From contig NZ_LT907982.1 in assembly GCF_900230215.1 (NCBI RefSeq), positions 3,827,568 through 3,891,567 of the forward strand: DNA of 64,000 nt, written 5' to 3'. Below are positions 30,957 through 41,700 of the stretch, piece by piece (positions within the stretch are counted from its first letter, which is position 1; each line of letters starts with the position of its first letter). The position numbers were made by a program, and so were the translations under genes. The DNA comes from Jatrophihabitans sp. GAS493. Lineage in GTDB: Bacteria; Actinomycetota; Actinomycetes; Mycobacteriales; Jatrophihabitantaceae. Under the pieces are notes generated by a model. That model was not told the DNA's origin and did not search any database. It saw only the letters and a program-made list of their open reading frames with translations.

Positions 30957-31211
30957 ATGACAGATCCGGGCGCCCCAAAAAGGTCTAGCGTGTGCTCTGT
31001 GCCCACGAATGGTTCACACGAATTAGTAGGGAAATGCGGGAGAATCACGCTCAGCATCCCGATCTCCGGCCCCGGCGAAGTCCTGCTCCCAGTGCGCGGC
31101 AGCAGCGAAGCATTCGCGGCATGGGCTGACGCCCCGCTGCAACGCAACACCCGCGTTGTGGTTGTCGAGCAGATATCCGCTCGCTCGGTTCACGTCACGC
31201 CGATCCCATAA
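30957..31211 (+). CDS. Possible NfeD-like OB-fold protein (short form) preceding flotillin
   Basis: C-terminal 60 aa fit the NfeD beta-barrel pattern (GxxGxIxLxIPxxGPGEVLLPVRGSxExFAAWA...VVVVEQISARSVHVTPI); weak RBS; start uncertain. Confidence 0.4.
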   Translation: MTDPGAPKRSSVCSVPTNGSHELVGKCGRITLSIPISGPGEVLLPVRGSSEAFAAWADAPLQRNTRVVVVEQISARSVHVTPIP

Positions 31212-31285
31212 ACAGCCAGGCCACTCAGGCCGGCGTTCGGCCGCGACGGTTGCGAACAACCAGCGGCACTAAGGAGAAAGTCCAG

Positions 31286-32716
31286 ATGCTTTTCTGGCAT
31301 GTACCAGCCCCGAACGAAGCACTGCTCATCTCAGGCTCCAAGCGCGGTTCGGCGGAGTTGCAGTTCCGTATCGTCACCGGTCACGGCACGTTCGTCCCGC
31401 CGGTAATGCAGAAGGCGCGACTGCTGTCGCTGGCCCTGCGCGAGTCCCAGATCATCGAGGATTGCGTTACCCGCCAAGGGGTGCGCCTGACCATTCAGGC
31501 GGTGGCCGCATTCAAGGTCGGCGACGACCATCAGTCCATCGCCAACGCCGCCCGGCGATTCCTCACCGAGCAGGAGCGCCTGGAGGAACTGGTCGGACGG
31601 ATCTTCGCCGGGCACCTACGCTCCATCGTCGGCGCACTCACCGTGGAGGAGTTGATCCGGGAACGCGAGCGGGTGGCACAGGAGGTGAAAGACGGCAGCC
31701 ACAGCGAGATGGAGAAGCTGGGAATCGTGGTGGATGCCCTGCAGATTCAGGAGATCATCGACAAGAGCGGGTACATCACCAACCTGGCCGCACCTCACGT
31801 GGCGGCCGTCGCCAGCGCGGCCCGAATCGCGGCCGCCAAGTCCGATCAGGAGGCCTTCGAGCGAGAGCAGGAGGCGGGCGCACTGAAGGCACTCTACGAG
31901 CGCGACGCCTCGATCAAGATGGCCAGCTACGCCGCTGAGACCGAGAATGCCCGGGCCAAGGCGGCGCAGTCGGGCCCGCTGGCTCAGGCCCAGGCAACCC
32001 AGGAGGTGATCGAGCAGCAGACCGCGCTGGCACGACGCCAGGCCGAACTGGCCGCCCAGCAGCTTGAGGCTGACGTCCGGCGACCGGCCGACGCCGAGGC
32101 GTACAAGCAGCGCACGATGGCCGAGGCGCGGCGGGACCAGGCGAAGTTCGAGGCTGAGGCCGAGGCCTTCCACGCCACGACGCTGGCCGACGCCAACGCC
32201 CGCGCCGTCTCGGTCAAGGCACGGGCCGAAGCGGATGCCGATGCCTATCGCCGCACCGCCAAGGCCGACGCGAGCGCCGCGGCAATCTCGGTCGAGGCCC
32301 AGGCCGAGGCAAACGCCGAGGCGTACCGGACCACTGCGATCGCCGAGGCACGGGCCAAGGCGGTGCAACTCGAAGCCGACGCCGACGCCGAGGCCAACTC
32401 GGTACGGGCCGCGTCCTTGAGAGACGGCAATCAGCAACTAATTGCGGCCAATCATCTGATCGAAGTACTTCCGATGATGGTCGAGGCGGCCGCCAAGGGG
32501 CTGGCCGGGAGCAACCTCACAGTGCTCAACGGCGCGGAGGGACTGGGACAGATCGTCACCGGCTTGGTGGGTCAGGGCCTGGCCATCTTCGACACCCTCA
32601 AGAAGGCGACCGACCACGCCGAGACAGCCGTTCAACGCAGCGAGTCCGGTCCGGCGGTCACCGCCGGACCGGCCTCAATCGAGGCGGCCCCGACGCTGGC
32701 GGCGACTCGCAACTAG
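31286..32716 (+). CDS. Flotillin / SPFH (band 7) domain protein
   Basis: AAGGAG 9 nt upstream of ATG 31286; SPFH core then long Ala/Glu-rich flotillin-repeat coiled coil. Confidence 0.85.
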   Translation: MLFWHVPAPNEALLISGSKRGSAELQFRIVTGHGTFVPPVMQKARLLSLALRESQIIEDCVTRQGVRLTIQAVAAFKVGDDHQSIANAARRFLTEQERLEELVGRIFAGHLRSIVGALTVEELIRERERVAQEVKDGSHSEMEKLGIVVDALQIQEIIDKSGYITNLAAPHVAAVASAARIAAAKSDQEAFEREQEAGALKALYERDASIKMASYAAETENARAKAAQSGPLAQAQATQEVIEQQTALARRQAELAAQQLEADVRRPADAEAYKQRTMAEARRDQAKFEAEAEAFHATTLADANARAVSVKARAEADADAYRRTAKADASAAAISVEAQAEANAEAYRTTAIAEARAKAVQLEADADAEANSVRAASLRDGNQQLIAANHLIEVLPMMVEAAAKGLAGSNLTVLNGAEGLGQIVTGLVGQGLAIFDTLKKATDHAETAVQRSESGPAVTAGPASIEAAPTLAATRN

Positions 32717-35700
32717 CAGGCCCGCGCCCAGCACCAGCAGCAGCAGGGCAAGGCCCGTGCTCTGCCGGGCGGAGACACCGGTGGCGGCCAACGCCCCGGT
32801 GTTCTCCGTCTTGGCGCTCGGCCGAGCCTTGGGCGGCGTGATGGTCAGCGCCTCCACCGCGAAGTGGGTGGTCGGCGAGATAACGGTCAGCTTCACCGGC
32901 AGCGAGAAGACCGAACCGGCGCCGTTGGTGAAGACGACCCGATAGAGATACCCATTCTCGCCCTTGGTCGCGACGAAGGTCAGGAGCGCGTCCCCGGACG
33001 GGTCGGCGCCGCTGATCCAGGTCCGGCCGCCGTCCTTCGACTTCTGCCAGACGTAGGTCGGCCCGGGGAAGCCGCCGGCGGTGGCCCGGAAGGTGACCAC
33101 CTGTCCGGCCCGGACGCTCACCGCCTTGGGCTGAAGCAGGATCTTGGGAAGCGATGCATTGACCAGCAGGAACGACGACGAGCCGGTGGAGTCGACCGGA
33201 GGCGTGAGCACGCCGCCGCCGACCACCGGCGGAGTCGGCGCAACCAGCACGACCGGCGGTACGAGCGTCGCGATCACGTAGTAGCTGCCGGTGCTGAGGC
33301 CGGCGATGAACCCGCTCGCCACCGCGTTCCCGCTGGCGTCGGTGACCACGAGCAGTGTGATCGCGCCGCCCGGGAAGGTACCGCTGGGCGCGGTCGCGGG
33401 TGCGGTGAAGAGCACCTGCGCACCGGGTACCGGATTGCCGTACTGATCGAGCGCCGTCGCGGTGAGCGGCAGTCGGAACGGACGTCCCACGAGAGCGATC
33501 TGGAAGGTGCCCGTGGTGGCCACCACGGTGACCGCGGCGCCGGCCAGGTTGGTGAGGGCGAAGACGGCCGAAGAGACGGTCGGGGAGACCGCACCGGCGC
33601 CGGAGATGACACCGACGACGCTGTACGTGCCGGACTTGGTGCTGGCGGTCAGGATCGACGAGGTCGCCAGGCCGTCGAGGCCGGTCACCTCGGTCTCAAC
33701 CGCCGTCGCATTGCCGAAGGTGGCCGTGGGGACGGTGAGGCCACGTGGCCCCACCGGTGCGGTGAAGACGACCGTGACACCGGGCTCCGGGTTTCCGTAG
33801 CTGTCGGTGACCAGGGCGGTAATCGGTGCACCGAAGGCGGTTCCAACCAGCGTCGACTGCGGTGTGCCGGCTTGAGCGGTGATATGTGCCGGGGCACCGC
33901 CACCGAGTTCGTTGGGCAGTACCACTGGCACCCGGGCCGGGGTGAGACCACAGGCGACCCCGGGGGCCGATGCGACGTTCAACGCGGCCCGGCCGGTGCG
34001 GACGTTGACGCAGAAGAGGGCGTCGACGGCGGCGTTGTCGGCCGGGTTCAGAATCGGGCCGTAGCGGTTGGCCGAACTCGGTGCGATGGTGGCGATCGGC
34101 TGGAACGGGTCGGCCGTCGAACTCGCCGGGGCCAGTGCCACCACGTTCAACACGACCGGGGTGAACCAGTTGGTCGCATCGAAGGTGACGGCGGCCAGGT
34201 TGTCGCCGCCGGCGGCGACGAAGCGACCGTCGCAGCTGCACGGGTCGTAGATCACGAAGCGGCCACCGGTGTTGATCCGGTACGTCACTGGGCCGGTCGG
34301 GGCGGCGCTGAGCCGCAGCGTCAGCTGCGAACCGACCTGATCTCCGGCGGTGACCACAAGGGCCGGCGGCGAGACGATGAGACCGCTCTTGACGGTAAGC
34401 AGATTGACCACGACCCGCAGCGGGGTCTTGAGCGCCTTCGCGTACGCCTGGTACGCCGGATCGGTGCTGGTGACGGTGTGTGTGATGACATTCTTGCCAT
34501 TCGGGTCAAGCACCAGCGCCGGATTCGCTGTACCGCCAGTCGGCTGGGTTGGCGGGGGCGGGGCAAGCGTGGCGGCGACGGTGATCGTCACCGGCAGGAA
34601 CCAGTTCGTGGAGTCGAAGGTGATGCTCTGGGTGGCGGCGTCGAAGCGGGCGTCCGCGCTCGTCACGGTGAGCGTCGTCGGGTCGAAGCCGAGGGCGATG
34701 GTGACCGTCGTGCCGGCGGCCGGGGCGGCGGCCAGCACCACCGTGTAGCTACCGGTGATCCCCTGGGGCGGGGTACCGGCCAGCACGCTGACTCCGCCGT
34801 CGGGTTGGGTGATGATCACACCGGGCTGCGATGCGCCGAGCAGGTTCACGTACACGTTGCGGATCGACACATGGTTGTACCGATCGTCGCCGCTCTGGCT
34901 GCTGTGGCTGATCGTCTCGACGGTCGCGCCGGGCGCGGTGACCGCGCCGGTGATCGCTCGGACGAGCACCGTCTTGGGCCCGGTCTCGCCCGCGGCGAAG
35001 ACGAGAACCACGTTGTCCGACCACGTCAGGCCCCCGTCGATCGAGACCTGGGCGAACGGCGTGCCGGTTGCGAAGGCGGCCGAGATGTTCACGTACACGG
35101 TCGCCTTGGGCGGCGTGGCCAGGCGGACGGTGTAGCTGTCAGTCGCACCGTTCGTCGTTACCGCGGTCGAGCCGCCGGTCTCGGTGATGATGATGGACCC
35201 ACTCCCCTGGTCGATCACCGTCACCGGTACGACCGTCGGGGTGTTCGCCTCAGCCACGGTGCCGATCGTGATCTGACCGGTGGATCCGCCGGTCGCCAGG
35301 ACTCCGCTGATGATCGGGGTGAGCAGGCTCGACAGACCGGTGAGGAGGGTCGAGGCGGCAATGACGAACGGGCCACCGCCGGGCTGATGCAGGTTCTGGT
35401 AGCTGATGTTCAGTCCCTGCCCGAAGACACCGGTGGGCGTGGTGAGGATGTCGTGGGCGTCACCCACCGCCAGCACGTAGAGCTGGCTGGCTCCGGTCCC
35501 GCCGTCGACCGAGACCGGGGCGTCGATGTTGTACACCGGCACCGCGATCCGGACCGGCAGGGGCAGCAGGTTGGTGGCGAAGGTGTCCACCATCGGGCGC
35601 CCGGTGGTGGGATCGATGAGGGCGGAGGTGATGAAGGTGAAGAGGTCGTTGCCGGTGCCGGCCTCAAGCCTCAGTTCGGCCTTGTTCGAGTAGACCAGGA

Positions 35701-38700
35701 ACGTGTCGTTCCCGGCGCCGCCGTAGATGGTGGTCGGGAACCTGTTGCCGCGGCTCAGGAAACCGATGTTGGTCTGGGTGGTCGCGAACTGGTCCTCGGG
35801 GAGCACGTACGGCGCGACCCGCGGCAGGTAGTAAAGCTGTCCGACGTCGAAGGTGTCGTTACCGTCACCGCCGTTGATGGTGGTGATCGCGCTGTTGTCG
35901 TCCATGGCGAAGAAGTCGTCGCCGCCGAGGCCGTTGACGGTGAGCCGGCTGTTGATGTGCTCGTCGTAGTTGATCCGCTCCACGTCCTGACGCTTGCGCC
36001 CGAGCACGTCGGTGTAGGTGCCGTGCAGCAGCGCCACGAAGGCCGGCGACTGGGCCTGCGGCTGGTCGGGGATGAAGGAGGAGCCGCGCATCAGGAAGAC
36101 ATCAGGTCCGTCGGCCCCATTGACGGTGAGCGTGTTCCGACCACCCAGCGGCCCGGTGTTGAGAACGTCGATGCGGTAATCGTGGGTGGCCGCCGCGTCG
36201 CTGCCCCAGGTGTTGACGACGTAGGTGTTGTCACCCAGTTCACCGTTGAGCATCAGGCTGTCGCGGACTAGTTGGCCGCTGTACTGGTCGCCGGAGGTGT
36301 CGACGTGCTTGCCGGTCATCGTCTGCAGCCGGTCGACCTGGAAGAAGTCGTTGCCGTCGGGGCTCAACCCGCAGTTGGTGCTGACGTTCGTCGGCGGGCA
36401 GTTGCCGGTGTTCGGCGTTGCACCGTAGACGTTGGTCTGGCCGCCGAGCAGCGTCTGGTCGAAGTAGAAGTTGTCATCGCCGCGACCACCGAAGATGTTC
36501 GTCGGGTGACCCACCACGATGCCCCGGAAATGCATGGTCGATCCGACTGCGGGGCCGGTGACCGGCTCCAGGTACTCACCGTAGATCCAGACGGTCGCGG
36601 CGAAGATGAGGCTGCTGACCGCGGTCTCCACGTCGTTGCCGACCAGCAGCCGCACCTCACCGCTGGCCGCCGCGATCAGCCCCAGAGCCAGCACGACGCT
36701 GCCGTCCAGGGTGCTACCGCTGCCGAGCAGGGTCAGGTCGGCGTCGGTGCGGCCAGTGGCGAACGGCACCCGCAGCCGCACGTCGCCGTGCACCGACTGG
36801 GCGCGCAAGACATTCAGCGCGCCGTCGGTCTCGGTGAGGTAGATGCCACCACCGGGCAGTGCCACCGCCCCGATCACGTCGCCGCCGAATCCGTCGGCGT
36901 AGGCGTAGAGGCGACCGGTGGCCGAACTGCTGGAGTTGATCCGGACATCGCCGGAGGCATCGGAGGTGTAGGTGCCGATCGAGCCGCCGTGGGCGATCAG
37001 ATCGATACTGCGGGCCACGATGCTCGCCCCGGACGCGCTGTGGTTGTCCAGGATCGAGCCGGCGTCGGTGACCAGCGCGATGTCGGAGGTGAGCGAATCA
37101 GCCAGCGCCACATTCAGGTTGCCCTGGGTCTGCTCGATGAAGATGCCGGAGTTGGCCAGGGCCAGTAGCGCGCCGACGGCGGCGTTCGAGGAGTGGATCT
37201 CTAGGTAGTTGACCGTCGGGGTGACGAAGCCGATGCCACCGTGCAGGGCCAGCAGGGTGATGTTGTTGCCGGTCACCCGCGCCACGCCGTCGTCGGTCGC
37301 GGCGACGTCGAAGATCGAGGCCGGGTCGTCGGCGGCGATGAGTACGACGTCGTTGTTGGTCGAGGTGATGGTGCCGACCCGCAGGTCGCTCACCGTCTCG
37401 GTGTCGGTGATTCGCCCGTTGGTGAAGAGATCGATCTCGCCGACCTGGTCGCTCTGCGACAACTGCAGCGCCGGGTTACCCAACGCGAAGAGCGTGGCGT
37501 CGACGTTGGTGTGGGCCACGAACGTCACCTGGGTGCCGGTCGCGACGTGCCGGACGTTGATGTTGTTGCCGGCGCTGAGATCGGTGAAGTTGTAGGTGCT
37601 GTCGATCGGCGTCAGCACGTTGCCGAAGACCATCAGCACCGGGTCGTTGTCGACGAAGGGCTGATCCGGCCGGAAGAACACCCGGTAGAGACCGGTGCCG
37701 GGGAGGTTGGTGACCAGGTCCGGCGGGTTGTGCAGGTTGACCTGGATCGCCTCCGACGGCCATTGCGGCGCGTCGTTGCCCCACGCGCTGTCGTTCACGA
37801 CGATGTCGATGTTGCCGCCGGCGTGGATAGGTCCGAGGGTCGGCGCGAACGGCGTCTGGTTGGCCCGCAGGATCGAGGTGATGTCCAGGACGACGTTGCC
37901 CAGCGCCTCGGCGACCAGGGAGATGAAGCGGGTCGGGTCGACGTTGTCGACGATGTAGTCGCTCTGCACCAGCAGCACCGGAATCGGAATACGGATGCTG
38001 ATCCCGAAGAGGTTGAAGAGGATTCCGATCGATCCGGCCGGAGCCTCGAGCACCAGTGTGTTCGTCTCGATGAGCGGGCTGTCCGGTCCGGCGAAGATGT
38101 TTCCGCGCCCGTTGTTGACCACGGTGCTGCCGATCGGGTTGTAGATCAGCCCGTCGATGGTGACGTCGGAGTCGGCCACACTCCCGGCGAAGTTCTCGAT
38201 GTCGACCGCGGTGGGTGTGAAGATCGGCGGCCCGACGTGGAAGGTGAACGGGATCTGGTTGAGCTGGACGGTGACCGTCGCGCCCGGGTTGTTCAGGTTG
38301 ACGACATTGATGATGTGGGTGGTCAGCGCCCGGCTGGAGTAGTTGTAGATCTTGACGAAGTCGAAGGTGTTCTGCTGGACGAACTTCCCCTGGCTGCCGT
38401 CGATGAGGCTGGCCGGTGCGGTCGATCCGCCTTCGGTCTGGGAGACGCTGGCGTTGAAGAGCGCCGTCGCGCCGCCGTTGTTGACGATGTCCTGAACCTC
38501 GATGATGCGCCCGGACGGAATGGTGTCACCCAGGTCGTAACTGTTGCCGAGGTCGTCCTTCACCGTGATGCCGTAGAGCTTCACGATCTTGCCGCTCGAG
38601 TCGACGATCAGTTGCGGATCGGGTGTGTGCAGGTAGACGTCGGCGTTCCAGTGGATGGTGCGCTGGGCGTTGTTGTGGCTGCTGCCGTGGTTGCCGCCGC

Positions 38701-41700
38701 CGTCGAAGACGGCTCCGTCGTTGTCGTGATCGGTGTTCCAGTTGGTGACGTTCTGCACGACCTCGACGTCGAGGTGGCCGGTGCGGATGATCGCGGTGGC
38801 GTTGGCCGTGACGTCGGAGTCGCTGTTGTAGGTGATGTTCTCGGTGGTGTTGGTGTCACCGCCGAAGCAGCTGCAGTGGGCGTCGGTGTTGGCCGCGAAG
38901 CTGAGGTTGAGTGCGTTGGCCGCGATGCCCACCGTCTCATACCCGACGATCTTGGTGGCGCCGTCGATCTGCACCTGCTGGCCGGTGTTCGCGGTGATGG
39001 TGGCCTCGGCGTCGGACGCCGCGCCGAGGGCTGACGCGTGGGTGTGGCCGTTGTTGTGGGCGGTGATGCTGTCGGTCTGGGCGGTCAGTTGCACGTTGTC
39101 GGCGGTGAGGTGGGTGCCGGACTCGAGGTGGACGGTGGTGGTTCCGGTGACGTCCAGGTTGTTGGTTGCGTCGCCGTCGTCACCGGCGTGGGCGTCGACC
39201 CCGAGGCCACCCCCTTCGGCGCTGGTCGAGATGTTGCCGTTCACCGCGCTGTGGGCCTCGATATTGATGTTGTTGCCGGCGGTGATACTTCCGGCGATGT
39301 CGGTGAGGGTCGTGTAGTTGTCGGTCGACTTCGAGTAGGCGCTGACCCCGGCCCCGAGGCCGCCGCCGCTGGCGTTGGCCGACGAGATGGCCTGCACGAA
39401 GTTGAGCGGCGCGATCTTCACGCTGTCACCGGCGGTGAGGTTGGTGCCGGAGTCGAGCTTGACGGTGGTGTTCCCGGTGGCGGTCGCCTTGGCCTGCGCG
39501 CTGCCGACCGAGATGAGGCCGCCACCGCCGTTGGAGGAGTTCGCGCTGACGCCGGTCGAGGAGTTTGTGGTGATGGTGATGGAACCGACGGTGGTGAGCG
39601 AGGTGTTGGCGCCGACCTCGACGTTCACGTTCACCGTCTCGGTGGCGTTGGTGTTGGCGTGCGTGGAGTTGATGAAGCCACCCCCGCTGCCGGTCACCGT
39701 GGCGGTCGAGAGGACACCGCCACCGGCGGCCGGGCCGGTGATGCCGACCGGCGCCAGCTGCTGGGTGCCGCTGCTGGTCGCGGTCAGGTCGACGATGAGG
39801 TTCTGATCGCCGGTTCCGACGCCGATGGCGACCGGGGCGAGCTTGATGGTGCTGGCGCCGACTCGTCCGGTGCCGTCGAGGGTGAGCGGTGACCCATTCG
39901 GGGTCGAGGCCAGCTGGAAGGACGTGCCCGTGGCGTTGACCACGTAGTACCGGCCGCCGTCGGCCAGGCCGCCGATCGGCTGCTGACCCGGCGCGTAGAG
40001 ACCCTGCTTGATCGCCGCGCCGGCGGCCGACTTGTCCGGCGTCAGCGGCAGCGCCTGCTGCGGGATGGGGTTGTTGTCACCGTCCACGCAGGTTCCGGTC
40101 GCGTGGCAGAGGGAGTCGGCGAGCTGGATCTGGTTGGCGTTGATGTTGATGACGTAGTAGGTGACGCCGTTGGTCAGACCACCGATCGGCCCGGTACCAC
40201 CGTCGTAGACGACTGCGGTGCCGGTGGCCAGCCCGTGGTTGTGAATCAGGATGCGGTTGTCACTGTTGTTCTGCACCGGGTAGATCGGGTTGTTACTGCC
40301 ATCGACGTTGATGCTGACCAGCGCGCTGCTGAAGACGGCGATCGGGGTGGGCGCGGTGTAGGTCACCGGGGTTCCGTTGCCGAACGGGTTGGTGGCATTG
40401 ATCGTGTTTCCCGAGACATTCGCCCCGGTCAGGTTGATCACGGCGGTTGAGGAGTTGGGGTCGAAGAGCTGGATGTGCGAGTCGTCGACCACGTGCACCC
40501 GGTATAGCCCACCCGGGGTCAGGCCGGGGATCGCGCTGCCACCGGAGGGGACTTCGTAGATGACCAGGTCTCCCTCATGCAGGTTGTGGTTGAGGGGGAC
40601 GAAGGTCGGTCCGACCATGCGCCCGAAGGAGATCGTGCTGGTGGCCGGATCGATGTTCGCGCCCCCGAACGTGCTGCCCAGCCGCACGCTGTTGGCGTTG
40701 ACCACGAAGACGTTGTACTGCGCGTTGTTGGTGAGTCCGCCGACGTTCGGGTTCCCGGCGTTGGTGTAGGTGACGGTGTTGCCGGTGAGCAGGCCGTGCG
40801 GCGCGGTGAAGGTGATCGTGTTCGTGCCGGTGTTCACCCCGGTGCTGGCGTCGAAGAAGCCGGTGTTGCCGCTCGGCGGCGGGGCGGTGGTGTTCTGCTG
40901 GGCGGTGACGGTGATGCTGCCGCCAGAGTAGATCTGCGCGTTCGGTGCGATGTTGACGTTCACCGTCGGCGTGTTGTTGATCGTCGAGTTGTTCCCGACG
41001 ATGTTCAGCAGGATCCCGGCCGACGTGCTGCGCGAAGCCGACGTGGCCACCGGCGAGGAGGCCGCCCCAAGGCTGATGTCGCCGACGGTGGTGATCACCG
41101 AACCGCTGCTGGCCAGATCCGCCTCGACGGTGGTCGTGGTGGTTGCGGTGGCCCCGGCATTGCTGACCCCGACGCCGGCGACGCTGGTGTCGCTGATGAG
41201 GGCGGTGCTGGCGTCGCTGCCGGACGCCTGCACCGAGATGGAGCCGGCACCGGGGGCGGCGTTGGTCGCGCCGTGGGCACTGCCGAGCATCTTGGCCCGG
41301 GTGATGCCGAAGTCGTTGGCCGCCGGGTTGCTCACATCGACGGTGGCCAGGCCGCCGTTGACCGAACCGCCGGAGGCGGTGGCGCTGTTGGTGGCGTTGG
41401 CGATCACGGAGATCGCGGCGCTGGGCGCGTTCAGCAGGGCGCCGGCGCCGATGACGGCCGAGGTCACGCTGGCTGCGTCGACGGTCGCCGTCGGTGAGGA
41501 GTCGTGGGCGGAGATGAAGCCTCCGCCCTGCGCCCCCGAGGTGGCCGACGCGGTGCTGGCGCCGACGGCCTTCACGATCAGCCCGGTCGCCCCGCTCAGC
41601 CGTCCGTCGAACTCGGCCGTGAAGGCGCCGGCCGTGCGGCCGATCGGGATGCTCGCGCTGCCGGCGATGAAGCCGCCGTTCACCGAGTCGCTCAGGGCGG

